Assembly: GCF_964194155.1 (NCBI RefSeq)
Contig: NC_135894.1
Coordinates: 60,078,001-60,142,000, forward strand
DNA from: Cetorhinus maximus
Taxonomy: Eukaryota
Reading direction: 5' to 3'
Length of the DNA stretch: 64,000 nucleotides
Position numbers and translations under genes: made by a program. Of this stretch, positions 12,674 through 26,193 are shown in pieces; position 1 is the stretch's first letter, and each line of letters opens with the position of its first letter. Below the pieces are notes generated by a model. That model was given only the letters and a program-made list of their open reading frames with translations, did no database searches and was not told the origin of the DNA.

Positions 12674-13418
12674 CTGTTCAAATAAAATTGTTTGTAAGAA
12701 ATCATTTGTAATATTTAATTCTGCATGAACTATATTTACATGTTTACTCATGAAAAAATGAAACAATTGGTGTATTAAATATTTATACTATTAGCTTTTT
12801 CTTTTATTGTAAAAAAAAGTTTACACAATCGTTCACCTATTTTGATAAAGCAGCCTCACAAAGTAGAAATTCCACTGGAAATCTTTCTGGGCCTTATCTT
12901 CGCTCACTTAGAAGTCCAAGGGATGCAGAATTGAACACTTATGGCATACAACTGGTCCAGTCATTCTTCACCAAATCAAATACTATTGGGCCCATCTGTC
13001 CCAAAGCTGCTCACTGCTCCAGGATCATCCAGGAATGCCAAAAGAAGAAAAAAAATCCCCGGCTTCCTTCTCCACTTCCAACCATCTCTTCAAACCCCTC
13101 TCCCCTGCTCCCTCCAGCAACAGGTGCAAAGGATTCATGGATTTCTTTGCCACCAAGATTGAGACCATTCATTTAGTTGCTTCTGCTGCATCCCTCCTTT
13201 CCCCATTAGCATCAACCAAACTTCCCTTACTGTTCCCCTGCATAGGCCAAACTCTCATCTCCTTCCACATTCACTACTATATTCCCTCATATCCTCTCTG
13301 AGACCCACCTTCTTCACTCTCAATCCTATTCCCACTAAAGAACTGACCATCCAACTTCCCTTTCTGGTGCCAATGCTAGTTGATATTTTAAACAGCTCCC
13401 CCTTTTAAGGCAATAGCT

Positions 13419-13513
13419 TAAAAATAGCTGGAAAAACCCAGCAGGTCTGACAGCATCTGCGGAGAGAAATACAGTTAACGTTTCGAGTCCGTATGACTCT
13501 TCATCAGAAGAGT
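13419..13513 (-). mobile_element. Penelope-derived short element inserted in L2
   Basis: Near-identical to 41186-41275 and related to 36107-36174; carries a hammerhead core. Confidence 0.75.
13470..13510 (-). ncRNA. Minimal type I hammerhead ribozyme core (Penelope type)
   Basis: CTGATGA-A-GAGTC/atacg/GACTC (stem II)-GAAACGTT (palindromic minimal stem III). The 5' strand of stem I is truncated. Confidence 0.65.
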
Positions 13514-15785
13514 CTTTTAGGGTGCTGTCAAATTTGCCATCATCCACCCCACACTCAAAATAACCCTTTGATCCCACTGTCCTTGAAAGCTACTGCCCCA
13601 TGTCCAACCTTCCTTTCCTCTACAAAGTCTCTGAACATGTTGTTAGCTGCTATGTCCATCTTTCCCATTCCATTTTTGAGCCTCTCCAAGTTTCCTTCAA
13701 TGTGTCAGCACTGAAATGGCAGTAATAAATTGCACTCTATGTGAATGTGACTTTAGTTTACTATCAGTTCTGATCCTCTCAACCTGCCTGTATGACATGG
13801 TTAACTACACTATCCACTTCCAACATCACTCCTTCAGTGCCCAACTGAATGCAACTGTTCTTGCCTGGTTCTAGTCTAACCTATCCAATCGTTCTCAGAG
13901 AACCTCTAACAATGACTTCTCTTCCGTGCCCACTCTGCAACTCACACCCCCTCAGATCTATCCTTGGCCCCCGCTAGTTCACATTTGCATGCTGCCCGTT
14001 GACGACATTTTCTGAAACTATAACAGGTACTATAGAAATATCCAGCTCCACATCACCACCACTTCTCTCAATGTCTCCACTGACTCTATACTGCCAAACA
14101 GCTTGGTTGCCATCCAGTTGAAATGTCCTCCGATGAAACATTAGGAAGACTGAAGCCATCGTCTTCAGTGTAGGCCACAAATGTTATTCATTCACCACCA
14201 GTTCTATCTCTCTCTCCCTTGCCTGGCCAATGTCTAAGTCTGAACCAGAATGCTTGCAATTGCGGCATCTTAAATGACCTTGAGCTGAGCTTCAGATGCC
14301 ATATCCACTTCATTGCAAAGGACATCGACTTCCACTTCCACTACATCACCCATCTCCACGCTCCCATCAGCCCATATTTGCTGAAATCCTCATCCATGCT
14401 CGTTACTTTCAGACTCAACAATTCTAATGCTTATTAGTCAGCCTCTCATCTTCCACCCTCCATAAACTTGAGCTTATCCAAAATTCAGCGACCTGATGGT
14501 GTCATTCAGCATCACCGCTGTACTTGTTAACCTACACTGTCTCCTGGTCCAGTATGCCTTGCTTTTAAGATTCTCATCCTTTCATTCAAACCTCTGCATG
14601 TCTTGTTCCTCCCTAATTCTGTAACCTTATCTGGCCCTACGACTCTCCAAGAACTCTGTGATTCTTCAGCTCAGGCTTCTTGTGCCCACCACCCCCACCC
14701 CGACTTCTTTCAGCTCCCAGTTTAAATCATTTTCACTGCTTCTGATTCACCTCTTTCTTGTCAATTCTGTTCTGTTCAATAGTGGAGAATAGGTTTCTTG
14801 GAAAGTAGCAGATTGAATGATGAAGTTCATTGGATTTAATTTCCTACCTACAACATTATTAGTTGTGACTTTCTGACAGTTATACACAATGGAAAAATGA
14901 ATTCAACACACAATAATTCAACATTGGCTACCTAAATTCAGAAAACGTTTGATATGGTAGGTCAGACTAGCTTACTTCATAAAAGAGAATCTTTTAGTAT
15001 CAGTCAGAATTTGATACACTGGATTAAGGATAGACTCCAATCCTGCAGGCAAAATGTTGCAGTCAATATTTGTGGATCAGCCTGAAGGCAGACTACTAGT
15101 GAAGTTGATAATCAACCTTGCTTCTCTCTCCATTGATGCTGCTTAACCTTCTGAGTATTTTTAAATTTTCTGTTTTTGCTGGCATTCATATAGTGTTTTT
15201 CACATCTTCATACCCCAAGGTGTTTCATAGAAAATTACTTTTGTAATGTAGTCACTGTTATATAGACAAATAACCAATTGGTAGACATGAGGGCAGATTT
15301 TCATCTCCTGATGGGGTCAGGGAACCTGAAATCTTGAAGTTTTTGACAGCAAAACCAAATTTCCTCTCCCTTCCTAACCCTGCGCTACTTTCATTTGGCC
15401 TTTTCGCAGGTTGGGAAGTCTTTGGTTTGCAGCCCAGCACAAACTTCTTCTAAGATTGGGTTCGCCACAATGTGAACTCTATAGAAAATCTGAATTTCCT
15501 CCCTCACCCGCCGTTATTTATTTATAAATGCAATAAAGATTAAATTGAATAAATTTGGCTACTACGATCATAACAAAATAATAGGGCTATCTACATTGAT
15601 CATGGGGACAAAAGGAATAGATCTCCACAAACAATCAGTAACAGGCATCCCATCTCACTATCACTGTTGTCAAACACTTCTACATGCCTGTGATTCTTCC
15701 TGCTCAGCAGTATGCTATTAAAATTTCAAGATAAACAGCATAAGAACTGAAAAGTGTTTTGTGATACCATGGCAGATGTTCCTAC

Positions 15786-16015
15786 CTGGATGCAGCAAGG
15801 GCTAAGAGCTGCAACTGAAGCTCGGACACTGCTGCTTTCTAATGTCCCAGCAATCTTCCTGCGTTTGTATTCTATTTGTGACATCTGTTGCTGTCCTACG
15901 GTTGCCAGAGCTTTCTCTCTGGCTTCATTATTCAATGGAATTTTCAGTTCTTGATCAAAGGCACAGGCGTTATTACATTTGTAGTATAGAACTACTTTTG
16001 TTGCATTCTTGTTAC
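15786..16015 (-). CDS. CFAP47: CFAP47 internal exon, NKNATKVVLYYKC...LKIPLNNEAREKALATVGQQQMSQIEYKRRKIAGTLESSSVRASVAALSPCCIQ
   Basis: Acceptor tttttctttcag and donor CAG|gtagga; 230 nt, phase 1 to 0. Strong match to recalled CFAP47 NEAKEKALAFAAQQQMS.IEYERR.ITGTLESSS. Confidence 0.93.
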
Positions 16016-16879
16016 CTGAAAGAAAAATACTTCTTTAAAACTGAGTAAAGTTAATTGTGAATGTCATAGAAATCTGAATTCAGGGAACTTCAGTAAAAGG
16101 AAAATATCACTTGGCCCAATAAAGCTGCCTCTCTTAGATTGATCTTAACCTTAACTTTCGGCCTTCTCATCCCAAGCGTCAATCCCCTTTTTCCAGAAAT
16201 GTATCTTCCAAGTGTCCATGGAAGTTCACAAGGAAGAATTATATAGGATGACCATGATACTTTGCCAGGAAATGGTCTCATCTAAACCTCTCTGTGGAGC
16301 TGTTTAGATTCTAGTTGTTCTATAATAACAACTTGCATTTACACAGAAAAATGAAGTTCCAATATAACTGACAAATAAGCCTAAGAAAAACAGACACCAA
16401 GCTCTGAAGGGAGAGGTTAGGAAAGCTATGTAAAATGATTTTATTTTGAGGGGGGTTTTAAAGGTGGAGAGAGATTTTGAGCAGCAGGGATTTAGGGGCA
16501 GATTTTCAGGGTCAGGTTGACTCATGAGGCCGTTAAAAATGGCGGGCAAGACCCAGATGCACAAGTCCCACCCCCAATTTTGCCTGTACGGCAAAGTGGG
16601 CAAGGGGGGAATCAAAACAGGTGCAAAACATGAATCTGCTGGGCCATTTGAAATTAGTGCTGAGTTCAAACAGTTGCCGGGTTCACTGGGGCCCTAAACC
16701 CCTGTGTGGGAGTCAAAAATGTTACTTTTGTAACGTTCTTCTTTTCTCTTCCCACAACTAGTGGCGCATGAGACAGACAAAGCATGTGCTTATGTTTGTT
16801 TCCATAGCTAGTTTTTCCCAAAACAGGTCACTAGCCTGAACCAGAGGCTATAGCTTGAGGTGCGCCATTCTGCATCAAG

Positions 16880-17071
16880 CAGAGCTTTGACTAACCTAGA
16901 GAGTGGCCCGCTCTTACCAACTGCCATGGCATATTGGAAGGATTCACAGGTTGGTAATTACCTGTATGGCCACGTTAGGAATGCACTTTCCATGGCCATC
17001 AGGTCCTGCACCTGGACTTGAACCCGGAGCTTCTGGCTCAGAGGTAGGGACGCTTTCTACTGCATCACAAG
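16880..17071 (-). mobile_element. tRNA-derived SINE
   Basis: The minus strand starts with a tRNA-like head: A-box-like gtgatgcagtag and B-box ggttcaagtcc. The 3' boundary is uncertain. Confidence 0.6.
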
Positions 17072-17891
17072 ATACTAATGCTATTAATTTAGAATCAACT
17101 GTCCACCTCAAATGAAATGATGAATGGATAACAGTCAATAGAACTGTCTCCTCTGCAGATGGATTATTTAAAATAGATAAGTCCACAAAAGTTTAACAGA
17201 ATCCAGTCTGTTAATATGTTCACAGCCAGTATCTTTGAATAGAATAATTAAGGAATAAATGACACCAGGCTTCATTAACATATGACCATTATTTTAATGT
17301 TAACCGTTCAGTTTGTTTTGCAGAGTCTCAGAATGATTTTCATTTATTGAAAAATGAAGACATTTTTGTGGAGAAAATAGTGAATAAAGCAGCGGATTAT
17401 AAAGAAATAATTTAATAATTAGATGCATAAAAATGCAGCAGTTAAACTCAAGCAGTTTAGTGTTTCCTAAATGTTGTGGTCAGATTACCTTGTCAACAAT
17501 TACTTCCCTACGGTCAAGTTACCAGTGATGGTGGCATGGTGAACATTAATAGTCTGCAGGCTCTGATTAGTGAAAGAACAATGATTTTTTCACTGATATT
17601 ATGACTATAAAATTTCCAGAATTTAATGAGTATTAGAAACCAGAAAGTTACACTTTAATAACTTGCACTATAGAATTATAATTTTAAGGCATTTGAGTTG
17701 CAGCCAGAACCAAAGCCTTGAATATCCAGATCTAAGTAGATATTGATGTCCACTCAACTCACTGGCTGCAGGACAGGATAACTGGGTATTTCATGCATTC
17801 AGTTCTTTTCTGGCTAAGCAACCCAACACTCTTTGTCTCCATGAGGCTACTTTTGGAAATAAATGGGAATATTTCCTCTCAGAAACATCAT

Positions 17892-18569
17892 GGCCAGAAT
17901 TTTCCCGTCGGTAATTTGGGGGCGGGGCCTGCTCATCGACGGGAAAATGACGCAGGATGACGTCGGGAGGAACCCCTGACATCGTCCCGGTCCCTTTAAA
18001 TTTCCAGGAAGGCGGGCGGACAGCGAAATCAATTGAGGCCATTGACAGGGTAATTAAAGTAATTAAAGGCCCTGTCCGTCCAACCTTAAGGTTGGCGGGC
18101 AGGCCAGGAGCCCCAGCGGGCTTCTGATAATACATGAAACCTCATCCACTGGCGGGATGAGGTTTCATGTTCCTTTTTAAAAACTTTAATAAATGTAATG
18201 TGATATTTATTAACATGTCCCATCTCGTGTGACATTGTCACATGAGGGGCACATGTTAATAATATGTTTATTTCTCTATTTTCTAACTTTTGTACACTGT
18301 CACTAATCTCCCTAAGACAGCACTTTGACTCAGGGAGATGAACGCTCTTTCATTCGCATGCACGAAAGAACGCACTTTGACAGTTGGGGAATCCCTACCC
18401 CCCTCACAGGAAGCACATAGCACTTCCTGTCGGGCAGGCCGCTGGGCGGGCCTTAATTGGCCCGCCCACTCAAAATGGCAGCAAGCCCCGTTTCGGTGGC
18501 GGGGATCAGCTGTCCACCCACCGCCGAGCCAGTGGGGCCTGCATGCCCACCAAGGGCAAAATTCTGCCC
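17892..18569 (-). mobile_element. Harbinger-type MITE, family A (reverse orientation)
   Basis: TIRs ggccagaatttt / aaaattctgccc and TSD CAT; reverse complement of 10906-11602. Confidence 0.92.
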
Positions 18570-18802
18570 CATGTAAAGCAACCCTTACTTTTAGCTTTAT
18601 GGGGATCACTTTGAAAATAATTACACCTCATATCAAGTGATTTTTCAATTTAATATGCAACTTGTTCTTGCCTATTTGCAAATATGAAAAGGCTACAAGC
18701 ACTGTAACTGCAAAAGAAAGTTAAATTTTTATGTACAGTACACGTAACAAAAATACTTGAAGTTTAAATTTAATCCACCTCAAGTGATAAAGAAGATACT
18801 AT

Positions 18803-18924
18803 GGGGTAAAAATTAACCTTGGGCTGCAGCATAGTGAATCAGCAGCCCATTTTCTCCTATACCGATGTCCTTTTCTATTGACTTTGCTGTTTTTTCACTA
18901 TAGCCCAAGATGAATTTCTACCTC
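18803..18924. mobile_element. 122-bp MITE (Harbinger-like)
   Basis: Imperfect ~23-bp TIRs ggggtaaaaattaaccttgggct / agcccaagatgaatttctacctc and TSD TAT. Confidence 0.65.
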
Positions 18925-19015
18925 TATCTGTTTTCACATCATAAATGAACTAGACAAGAATTGTTTCCTTGGTCGTTATTGAACAGATGCTACCAGAAAA
19001 TAAAAGCCACTGTAC

Positions 19016-19124
19016 CTGAAGCAGCACAGTAGTTCCGTATTGCATCAGGACTGAATACTTGTAGTCCAGTAGAAGGCAATGGGATACAGCCAGTTCCTTC
19101 CAGACAGTAGACAAATTCTCCAAT
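19016..19124 (-). CDS. CFAP47: CFAP47 internal exon, IGEFVYCLEGTGCIPLPSTGLQVFSPDAIRNYCAAS
   Basis: Acceptor ttttcttttatag and donor CAG|gtacag; 109 nt, phase 0 to 1. Matches the recalled IG.LIY..EG.G..PLPS motif. Confidence 0.9.
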
Positions 19125-19397
19125 CTATAAAAGAAAACTAAACAGCTGAACATTGAAAACAGAATATGCTAACAACAAAAGCTAATGAAAAGCTATTAGT
19201 ACGAACAAATTAAATGAAAAAGAATATAACAGGCAATGTACAGTAAATGTGAAAGGGTAATGTTCTGGGTGTGACCTTTCATCGGTGAAGCTTGAAAAGA
19301 TTGTTATAACATCACCATAAAAAATGACATCTACTTTCTTTTTTTTATCCTTTTACGTGTGGCATGTAATAGTGCACCATAGGTGGCACCCTTTAAT

Positions 19398-20108
19398 GAG
19401 TGGTAGCACTCTCATTCAGAGTTAGAAGGTTATGGGGTCAAGTCCCATATCAGAAACGAAAGCACATAATCTAGGCTGAACCTTCAACGCAGTACTGTGC
19501 AAGTGTTGCATTGTCAGAGGTGCCTAATTTCAGATAGGACATTAAACACCAGGTCAGATGATAAATGGTGCCATGTCATTATTCGAAGTAGCTGGGGGAG
19601 TTTTCCTGGTGTCCTGGCCAACATTTATCTCTGCACCAATGCCACTAAAACAGGAACAAGCCTTGGTAACATAGTGGTAACATTCCCACCTCTAAGTCAG
19701 AAGGTGCAAGCCTGGAACCTCACTTTATAACCCCAGTGAGTGGAGACAAGAGCTCTGGTTCTGAACTCTAGATTGACATCTATCTGGATACTCACATCCA
19801 GTGGGTGTAGATAGCCTCCCTCATCATATGGATCATGAAAGTCCATAAAACCCTCCTCCTGTATAGTACAACCCAGCCATATCACTGGTATAATAGCACT
19901 GATGGCCTTTGATTCTTTGCATAGCTTGTGAACCTGTCTTCACAATACTGAAACAACCACTAAAACAGATCATCTGATCATTTACTTCATTGCTGTTTGT
20001 GGAACCTTGCCATGTGTGTCTTCTTAATTTACAACAGTACTTGGTCACATAGTACTTTGGGACGTGTCAAGGACTTGAAAGATACCTTGTAAATTGTAAG
20101 TTCTTTCT
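19398..20108 (+). mobile_element. DeuSINE-like (SacSINE1-like) SINE with an L2-type tail, split by a younger SINE
   Basis: tRNA-like head, Deu-like core gtgttgcattgtcagaggtgcc and tail ending aaattgtaagttctttct; interrupted at 19654-19956. Confidence 0.7.
19654..19956 (+). mobile_element. Nested SINE-like retroposon (303 bp)
   Basis: Exact 12-bp TSD ccactaaaacag (19642-19653 and 19957-19968); tRNA-like A-box tggtaacatagtggtaa. Confidence 0.7.
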
Positions 20109-21685
20109 CCTTTCATTCTTGCTTTCAGCTGCAGTAAATTGAGTCAGGCCACACATTTATGAAATTACTGCTGAGGGGGTGGGGGGGGGGCGGGGTTGGG
20201 GTTGGAGGGGTGTGGCGATGGAGCCCAGGGGAAAGGGTGCACACACAGACATATTACTGGGGGTGGGTGACTGGGGAAGTGAGCATGGAGACACATAACT
20301 GGGGTGGGGGGAAGAGAAGATTAGTCAGGGCCAGAAAGCATAGATAATCATGTGGATATGTGCCACAATTTAGAGGGCTGTGCTTGGCACTCCTGTCCTG
20401 GTCCCAGTCCAGGAAGGTGTGGGCCTGTTAGTCCTTTGTCAGTCATGCCCAGTATGGTGCTCAGGGCATGGTTCGTCACTCGTACATGTCAGTACCGGGG
20501 ATTGGTGGCTTGATACCAGGTTGCAGATGGCACAGTCACAGTCAGGGGAGACATCTACAGCCTGTATTTGGGGAACAGGTAATGTAGTGGAGGGGAGGCT
20601 CTCGATGGTCTAATGAGGGGGTTCTAGGTAAGTGACAGTAAATTGGGCTTCAAGATGGGGAGGGGTCAGATCTACATGGGGCATCGGGATATCAACATCA
20701 AATGGTTTTGGGGGAGGACAGGGATATTTACAACTATCACGATGGGATCAAGGATTAGGAGGGGAGGAAGGAGAGGGATTCGAGGAAGGGAAACCTGCAC
20801 ATGATGCTCTTCCAGCACGTTGGGAAGGACTCCCACAGTCACTGGGTGGGGCGGGGGTGGAAGCTGGTCTCATACTAAAACCTCATTGTAGTAAAACCTT
20901 TTCAAGCTGATCCAATGACGCAAACAAGCTATAAATAAAATTGCCAGGGGAGGGCTCTCAGGGCTTGTGGGAGGAGTCCACCACTGCATGTGTGGGCCAG
21001 TTGAAGGAGCACCTGACTAATCTCCACTTTACCAAATGGAGAGGAAGGCACAGCTGAGAAATGTTAGGAACAATCAAATGCAAATTTGGGATTGTGGTGC
21101 CTTAAGTCATGTTGCGCATTCTTGAGATAGCCTATTCCCAATTGGGGCCATTTTTGGATTGGCTTCCAAAGACCCTTTGTCCCTATTCTAGGAAATTGTA
21201 AGGGCCAGAAGGATCCAACTGTAAAGGGGCAGCGGGCCAAAATGCATATTCCTGATTGCCCAAATACCCCTAAACCTTGCAGCTGGCAGGTTCAGGGTTT
21301 GAAAGCACCTAACATCCCCACAGCACTGTCATTAAATTAGTGCAAATTGGGGCTGCTTGTAATCCAAAGGATTCAGTCTGACAGTGCCCTGACTGAGGCT
21401 TCTATTGCCTGGCAGAACTCAGTCAGATCCAGGCCCCTGTGTGAAAGCCCCGTCATGCTCATGGCATTTGTGGGGGTGGTGGGGGCTGGGGAGTGGTGGG
21501 GGACCCTACCCGTTACCCTTAAGGCAGTACTCATGCTCCAAGGGTCAAATTGGGGATGGAATGGCTGTGATGAAAGCAACCCATGGGCTTCACAATGACT
21601 CCCTAGTTCACGACTGGACGGTGACCATGACGGGTTCATTCATGTTTCTGTTCAATGTTTCCACAGAGATGAGAACAAATGCATC

Positions 21686-22860
21686 ATGGATGGAGCACAC
21701 AGTGTAGTGTTTTTCCTGGCAATCAGGCAGCTTAGAAGGAGGAGAAAAAGCACCTGTTGCTGCTGGGCAAGGGAAAGAATCTCACCCCGGTGAACAAGCA
21801 CCAGCAGAACCCCCTCAAGATCCTGAAGCTGAGACTGACAGACCCATTGAAGGGAGGCATTTAGCATGACCAGGTGAGTGAGAGACAGTGCCATAGATGC
21901 CTTCACATATCAAGGGATATAGTTGCTCTCATCTACAAACTCTCCAGGAGGCGTTCACACCACAGGGCCGTGGAGGCCATCCATTGCCAGTGTGGCTCTC
22001 AAAGTGACCGCCTCTCTGAAGTTCTTTGCAAGTGCCTCATTCCAGAGCTCCATTGGGGAACTCTGCAAGATTTCTCAAGCCTCTGCTCCCAATTTCAGCC
22101 GGGAGGTTACCAACGCCCTATTTAGCAAGGCATACAATTATGTCCAGTTCTCCCTAGATGAAGACAGCCAGGCTGCCTGCGTAGTGGGATTTGCAGTGAT
22201 CTCTGGATTCCCACAGGTGCAGCGTGCTATCAACTGCACTTATATGGTTTTATGAGCATCCTGGCAGCAGCCACTACAATTCATCAACAGGAAAGGTTCC
22301 ATTCTCCCAGCCTGCAGCTGGTCAGCAACCACCAGAAGCAGATTATGTAGGTAGGTGCAAGATTCTATGGGTGCCACAGATCTTCGAGGGCCCTCACACA
22401 TCCAGGGTTGACTCCTCAGTGACAAAGGCTACCCACAAAAGACATGGCTAATGGCCCCCATTCGGCAGCCACAGAGTGCTTCAGAGGAGAGGTGCAATGT
22501 GGTTCATTCTGCATCATGCTCATTGATTGAGCAGACCACTGGTATGTTGAAGATGCGTTTTCAATATTTTTTTCAGGTCAGGCGGCGCTCTCCAGTGCTC
22601 TCCCCAGAGGGTCTCCTGCATCATCATGGCTTGCTGCGCTCTACACAACCTGGCACTCCAAAGGGGGGGGATGAGATGGCAGAACAAGAGATGGAGGAAC
22701 TACACATCTCCTCCGGTGATGAGGACGTCGAGAAGGTTGAGCTTGATGAGGGCAAGGAAGCTGAGGATCCAGAGGAAGAGGCCGTAGCACAGGCCAGATG
22801 AGGCAGGCGTGCACGTGAGATGCTTATAGCCACCGGGTTCCAGAAGATTGATGATGACTA
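21686..22860 (+). pseudogene. HARBI1-like DDE transposase, frameshifted
   Basis: KVTASLKFFASASFQ, GFPQVQRAINCTY, LIEQTTGMLKMRF and an acidic tail, spread over several frames. Confidence 0.88.
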
Positions 22861-24499
22861 CCTCATACAAGCCTCTTCACCAGTGCCCTCTATGCTGGGT
22901 CCTCCTTAACACCTTTGTTGCGATCCTCATCATCTCAATGAAGCACATTAATTTCTGAATGAGTAGTTATACTCTTGCATCACAATGTCCTCATCTTGGA
23001 AGGTAAGGCAGCCTCTGGAGCATGTGGCCTTTCTGCTATGGGATAATAACTGCAACAGCGAGTTTTGGAACGGAGTTGAGATGGTGCAGCCTCTCCAAGC
23101 ACTTCACCAACATTCCAATGCTTACGGCAGAGGAGGCATGAGCAGCACTGCAACCCTCAGTGCACTCGTGGCAGTATGCCTGCAGTGTAGCAAGGACCAT
23201 CATCACTCAGTGGTTCTCGCCTTGATGCCTGAGATCTATTCTGAATCCACACTGCAGTATCACCACACAGGCAATTGTTCACCCAAGGCAAGTGTTCAGG
23301 CCTCATCATCATACTCGGCCCCCAGCATTAGATATTTCTTCAGGACGCATACATCTGTAACTGTCAGTAATGGAGGAAAGGTTGCAATTTAGCTCACCTT
23401 TCAGTGGACTGTGAAAGCTGCAGCAGCAACATAATCTGATCTCTGTTAAGCACTATGACCGTGCCTCCATTTGGAGTCTCCCAAGTTCCTGTACAGCTAG
23501 CCTTGGCATCTATGGGCCTGAAAATGATGGCACTCCATCTAGGCATGAAATACTCTAATCTTTAATAAGAAAGACCACACATCAGATGTTTTGGGGATTT
23601 GTTCTGATCCCATTTGAGGCCTCCACATTTTCATTCCACCAGTCTGACACATCCACAAGGAAACTAGGCACACTTGCCATTGTAGCTAGCACGTAACCAA
23701 GTTGACTGACCATCTCAAACTCAGGTTAGTGTCAAGAGACCCTAGCCAGACCTTCTGGCCCAGCGCTGCATCCTCCATCTCAAACTCTGGCATCTGGGGT
23801 CTTTACATACACCTCCTATCTCGCATAGTTTTAACCATCTAGCAGGAACCGCAAGGCTCAACATGTGTCAGCGAAGTCCATAGCTCTCCAGCATGGAGGT
23901 GGGAATGTCGGGACTAATATTGGGGTGATGTTTAGATGTGCACGCAGACATGAGATAACGCTGCAGGCCACCAGGAATAAAATCCCGACTTTTGGTGCAT
24001 ATGTAAAGCACACTCAAGGCTGATGGACATTACATGGAGGCCAACGAAAGGTACACCAACTGAGATTTACTGCAGTGTGAGTCGGCATTCAATCCTCTAA
24101 GATCCATATTGAGCACTCTTCATTGCAGAAGCATCAGGGGACTAAAGCAGCCTCCAGCTTCTAAACTCATAAGACAACAGCACGTGAACCTGTGAAGCAG
24201 GTCTCAGAGATGCCTTGTCCTACCGCCAAGTTCTTAAGAGCCAGAGGCTTCACTCATATCGATACTGTGCAGAGGATGGTCAGGCACTGTAATGAGATGT
24301 TTTGAGACGACATAGATCTGAGGCAGACAAAGCAACATCTGTGAGGAGGGTGGGGGGCATCTGCGGCACTCGACTAACCAAGTAGCATATCATCAGATAG
24401 AAGAAGCATACACCTGATGAGAAGTTGACTGAAACAAAATCTATTTACATTTATGCAAATTATATACAGATTGTGAACACCCTTGCTACCTTTGCGCTT

Positions 24500-26193
24500 T
24501 TAGCATTTCTTACCCTACCGCTACATCTTGGTGCATCCTTGACATCAACAGCAGAGATGGAGGCAGCCTGCTGACTGCTATGCCGTGTTGTCTGTGATGA
24601 CCTTGGCAGGCGTCCTCTGGAGAGCTGAGGCCTGGAGGGCCTTGGCCTGCTTTAGTTCTCCTGCTGTGGGGCAGATGAACCCTCCTCGGTTGGTAGAGCT
24701 GGAGTTGATTGGTCACAGGCAGAGGGAATTGGCAGCGGCTGGACATTCTGAGTCACTTGGCTGGATAGCCCCAGGGTGACCAGCTGATGGTGGTCCTCCC
24801 TATGGGTACCTTACTCCTTGAGGAGAAGGGGCACCTGGAGTGAGGTTGATGTGCCCCGTCCCCCTCTCGCCTAGCCACTGATGGATCCCACCTATGCCTA
24901 GAGCGATGAAGTGCAGGTCCTGGCGCAGATCAGGCGCACAGTCCTGGACCAATGTCTCCATGGCAGTCGTCATCCGACTGGTGTTGACCTCGGTGTGCTA
25001 GCATGTCGGTGCAATGACATCAGACTGAACGCAGATGGACTCCTCCATTTTCTGTTGCAATCTGGTGACTGCATCTGACAACCCTGCCTGACGTTCCTGT
25101 GTCTGCCTTTGCAGCTCCAACATCTGTCAGGGCCAAGTCCAGAGGTTCATCATCTGACTTGGACTTAACAGAAGCCTGGCTTCCAGCGGTCCTCTGAGTG
25201 TCAGTGACATTGGATGTCCCTGTCTCCACCTGCTGTGGATCCAAATCTGTGCTGTGCTCACCAGATGGTGATCCCAAGTCTGCTCTGGATGCCACCAAGT
25301 TGTGTGTCTCTGCACTGGCGGAGGGTGAGGGTGAAAGCTGTGACGACTCTACATCTAGTGGGTCCTCAGAAACCTCATCTGAGGTTGTGTGGGGGCTGGG
25401 GCTGATGGACTAGCTGCCGGTGGCCCTCTTCCTTTTCCTGCTGATGTCTGTTAAAGTGAGAAGAGATGAGTGATTGGCTGCATAGTCACCAACATTACAA
25501 TGCACTCACAGTTTTGGCAGGTGTCCAATGAGCTGTTAATCGGTCCTCAATGGCTTGGGAGATGCCAGTCTCACTCTCGGCACATGCACAGTCCTGGCCC
25601 TCACCGGCCAGCCCTGCCACCAGCTCTTCACATACTGTGAGTGGCCTGAGCTCAAGTATCCCCCCTCCGGTCTGGGATCTCTCCCTGTTGCTGTGGGTGA
25701 TCCTGCAAAAAGAGATATGGGCAGACTGAGCAGGACGGATGCCAGCACAGATGATAAGGATGCCTGCCTTTGGTGGGTGTTGAGTGGACCTCTGTAAGGG
25801 CTGAGGATGCGAGTTATACAGGATGTGAGAAGAGATGAAGATGCCAAAGTGTGAAAGTCGGTGATGATGTCCCTTGTGCTGGTAGAATGTGAGATCCCTG
25901 TGAACTGTAACCCTGCGAATGCCTGATGGACTTGTGAGAGTGTGAGTTGAGATGAGATCATTCAAGCTCTTCCTGCACTGGATGGGGGCCCCCTTCTGAG
26001 CACCATTAGCACTGACCACTCTGGAAACCTGCTCCCAAGCCAGCATCATGAAGCTGGTGGACCTCTGGCTCCCATCATAGGGGAAAAATATGTTCCACCG
26101 TTCCTTCACTGCGTCAAGAAATGACCCAAGTGCATTGTCACTCAACTTTGAGGCAGTCGGCTCCATTTCTCTGGGGGCCATTCCATTGCTCAT
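24500..26193 (-). pseudogene. Harbinger Myb/SANT-like gene, decayed
   Basis: LSDNALGSFLDAVKERWNIFF...AWEQVSRVVSA...QCRKSLNDL, then RSQTGGG and a coiled-coil-like exon homologous to the other copies. Confidence 0.85.

Larger units (their letters stand above)
13010..14700 (+). mobile_element. Old L2 LINE, decayed ORF2
   Basis: C-rich strand with L2-like peptides FMDFFATKIETI, NIRKTEAIVF and cataaacttgagcttatccaaaa (KLELIQN); many frameshifts. Confidence 0.7.

Noticed and set aside
12674-12766. Longer version of the CFAP47 exon using the acceptor at 12721 or the ORF-track start
   Set aside because: That acceptor is phase 1 while the upstream exon ends in phase 0; the acceptor at 12674 fits.
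22985-23392. 135-aa ORF in the spacer of Harbinger copy 1 as a possible third gene
   Set aside because: No recognisable motif and no counterpart in the other copies.
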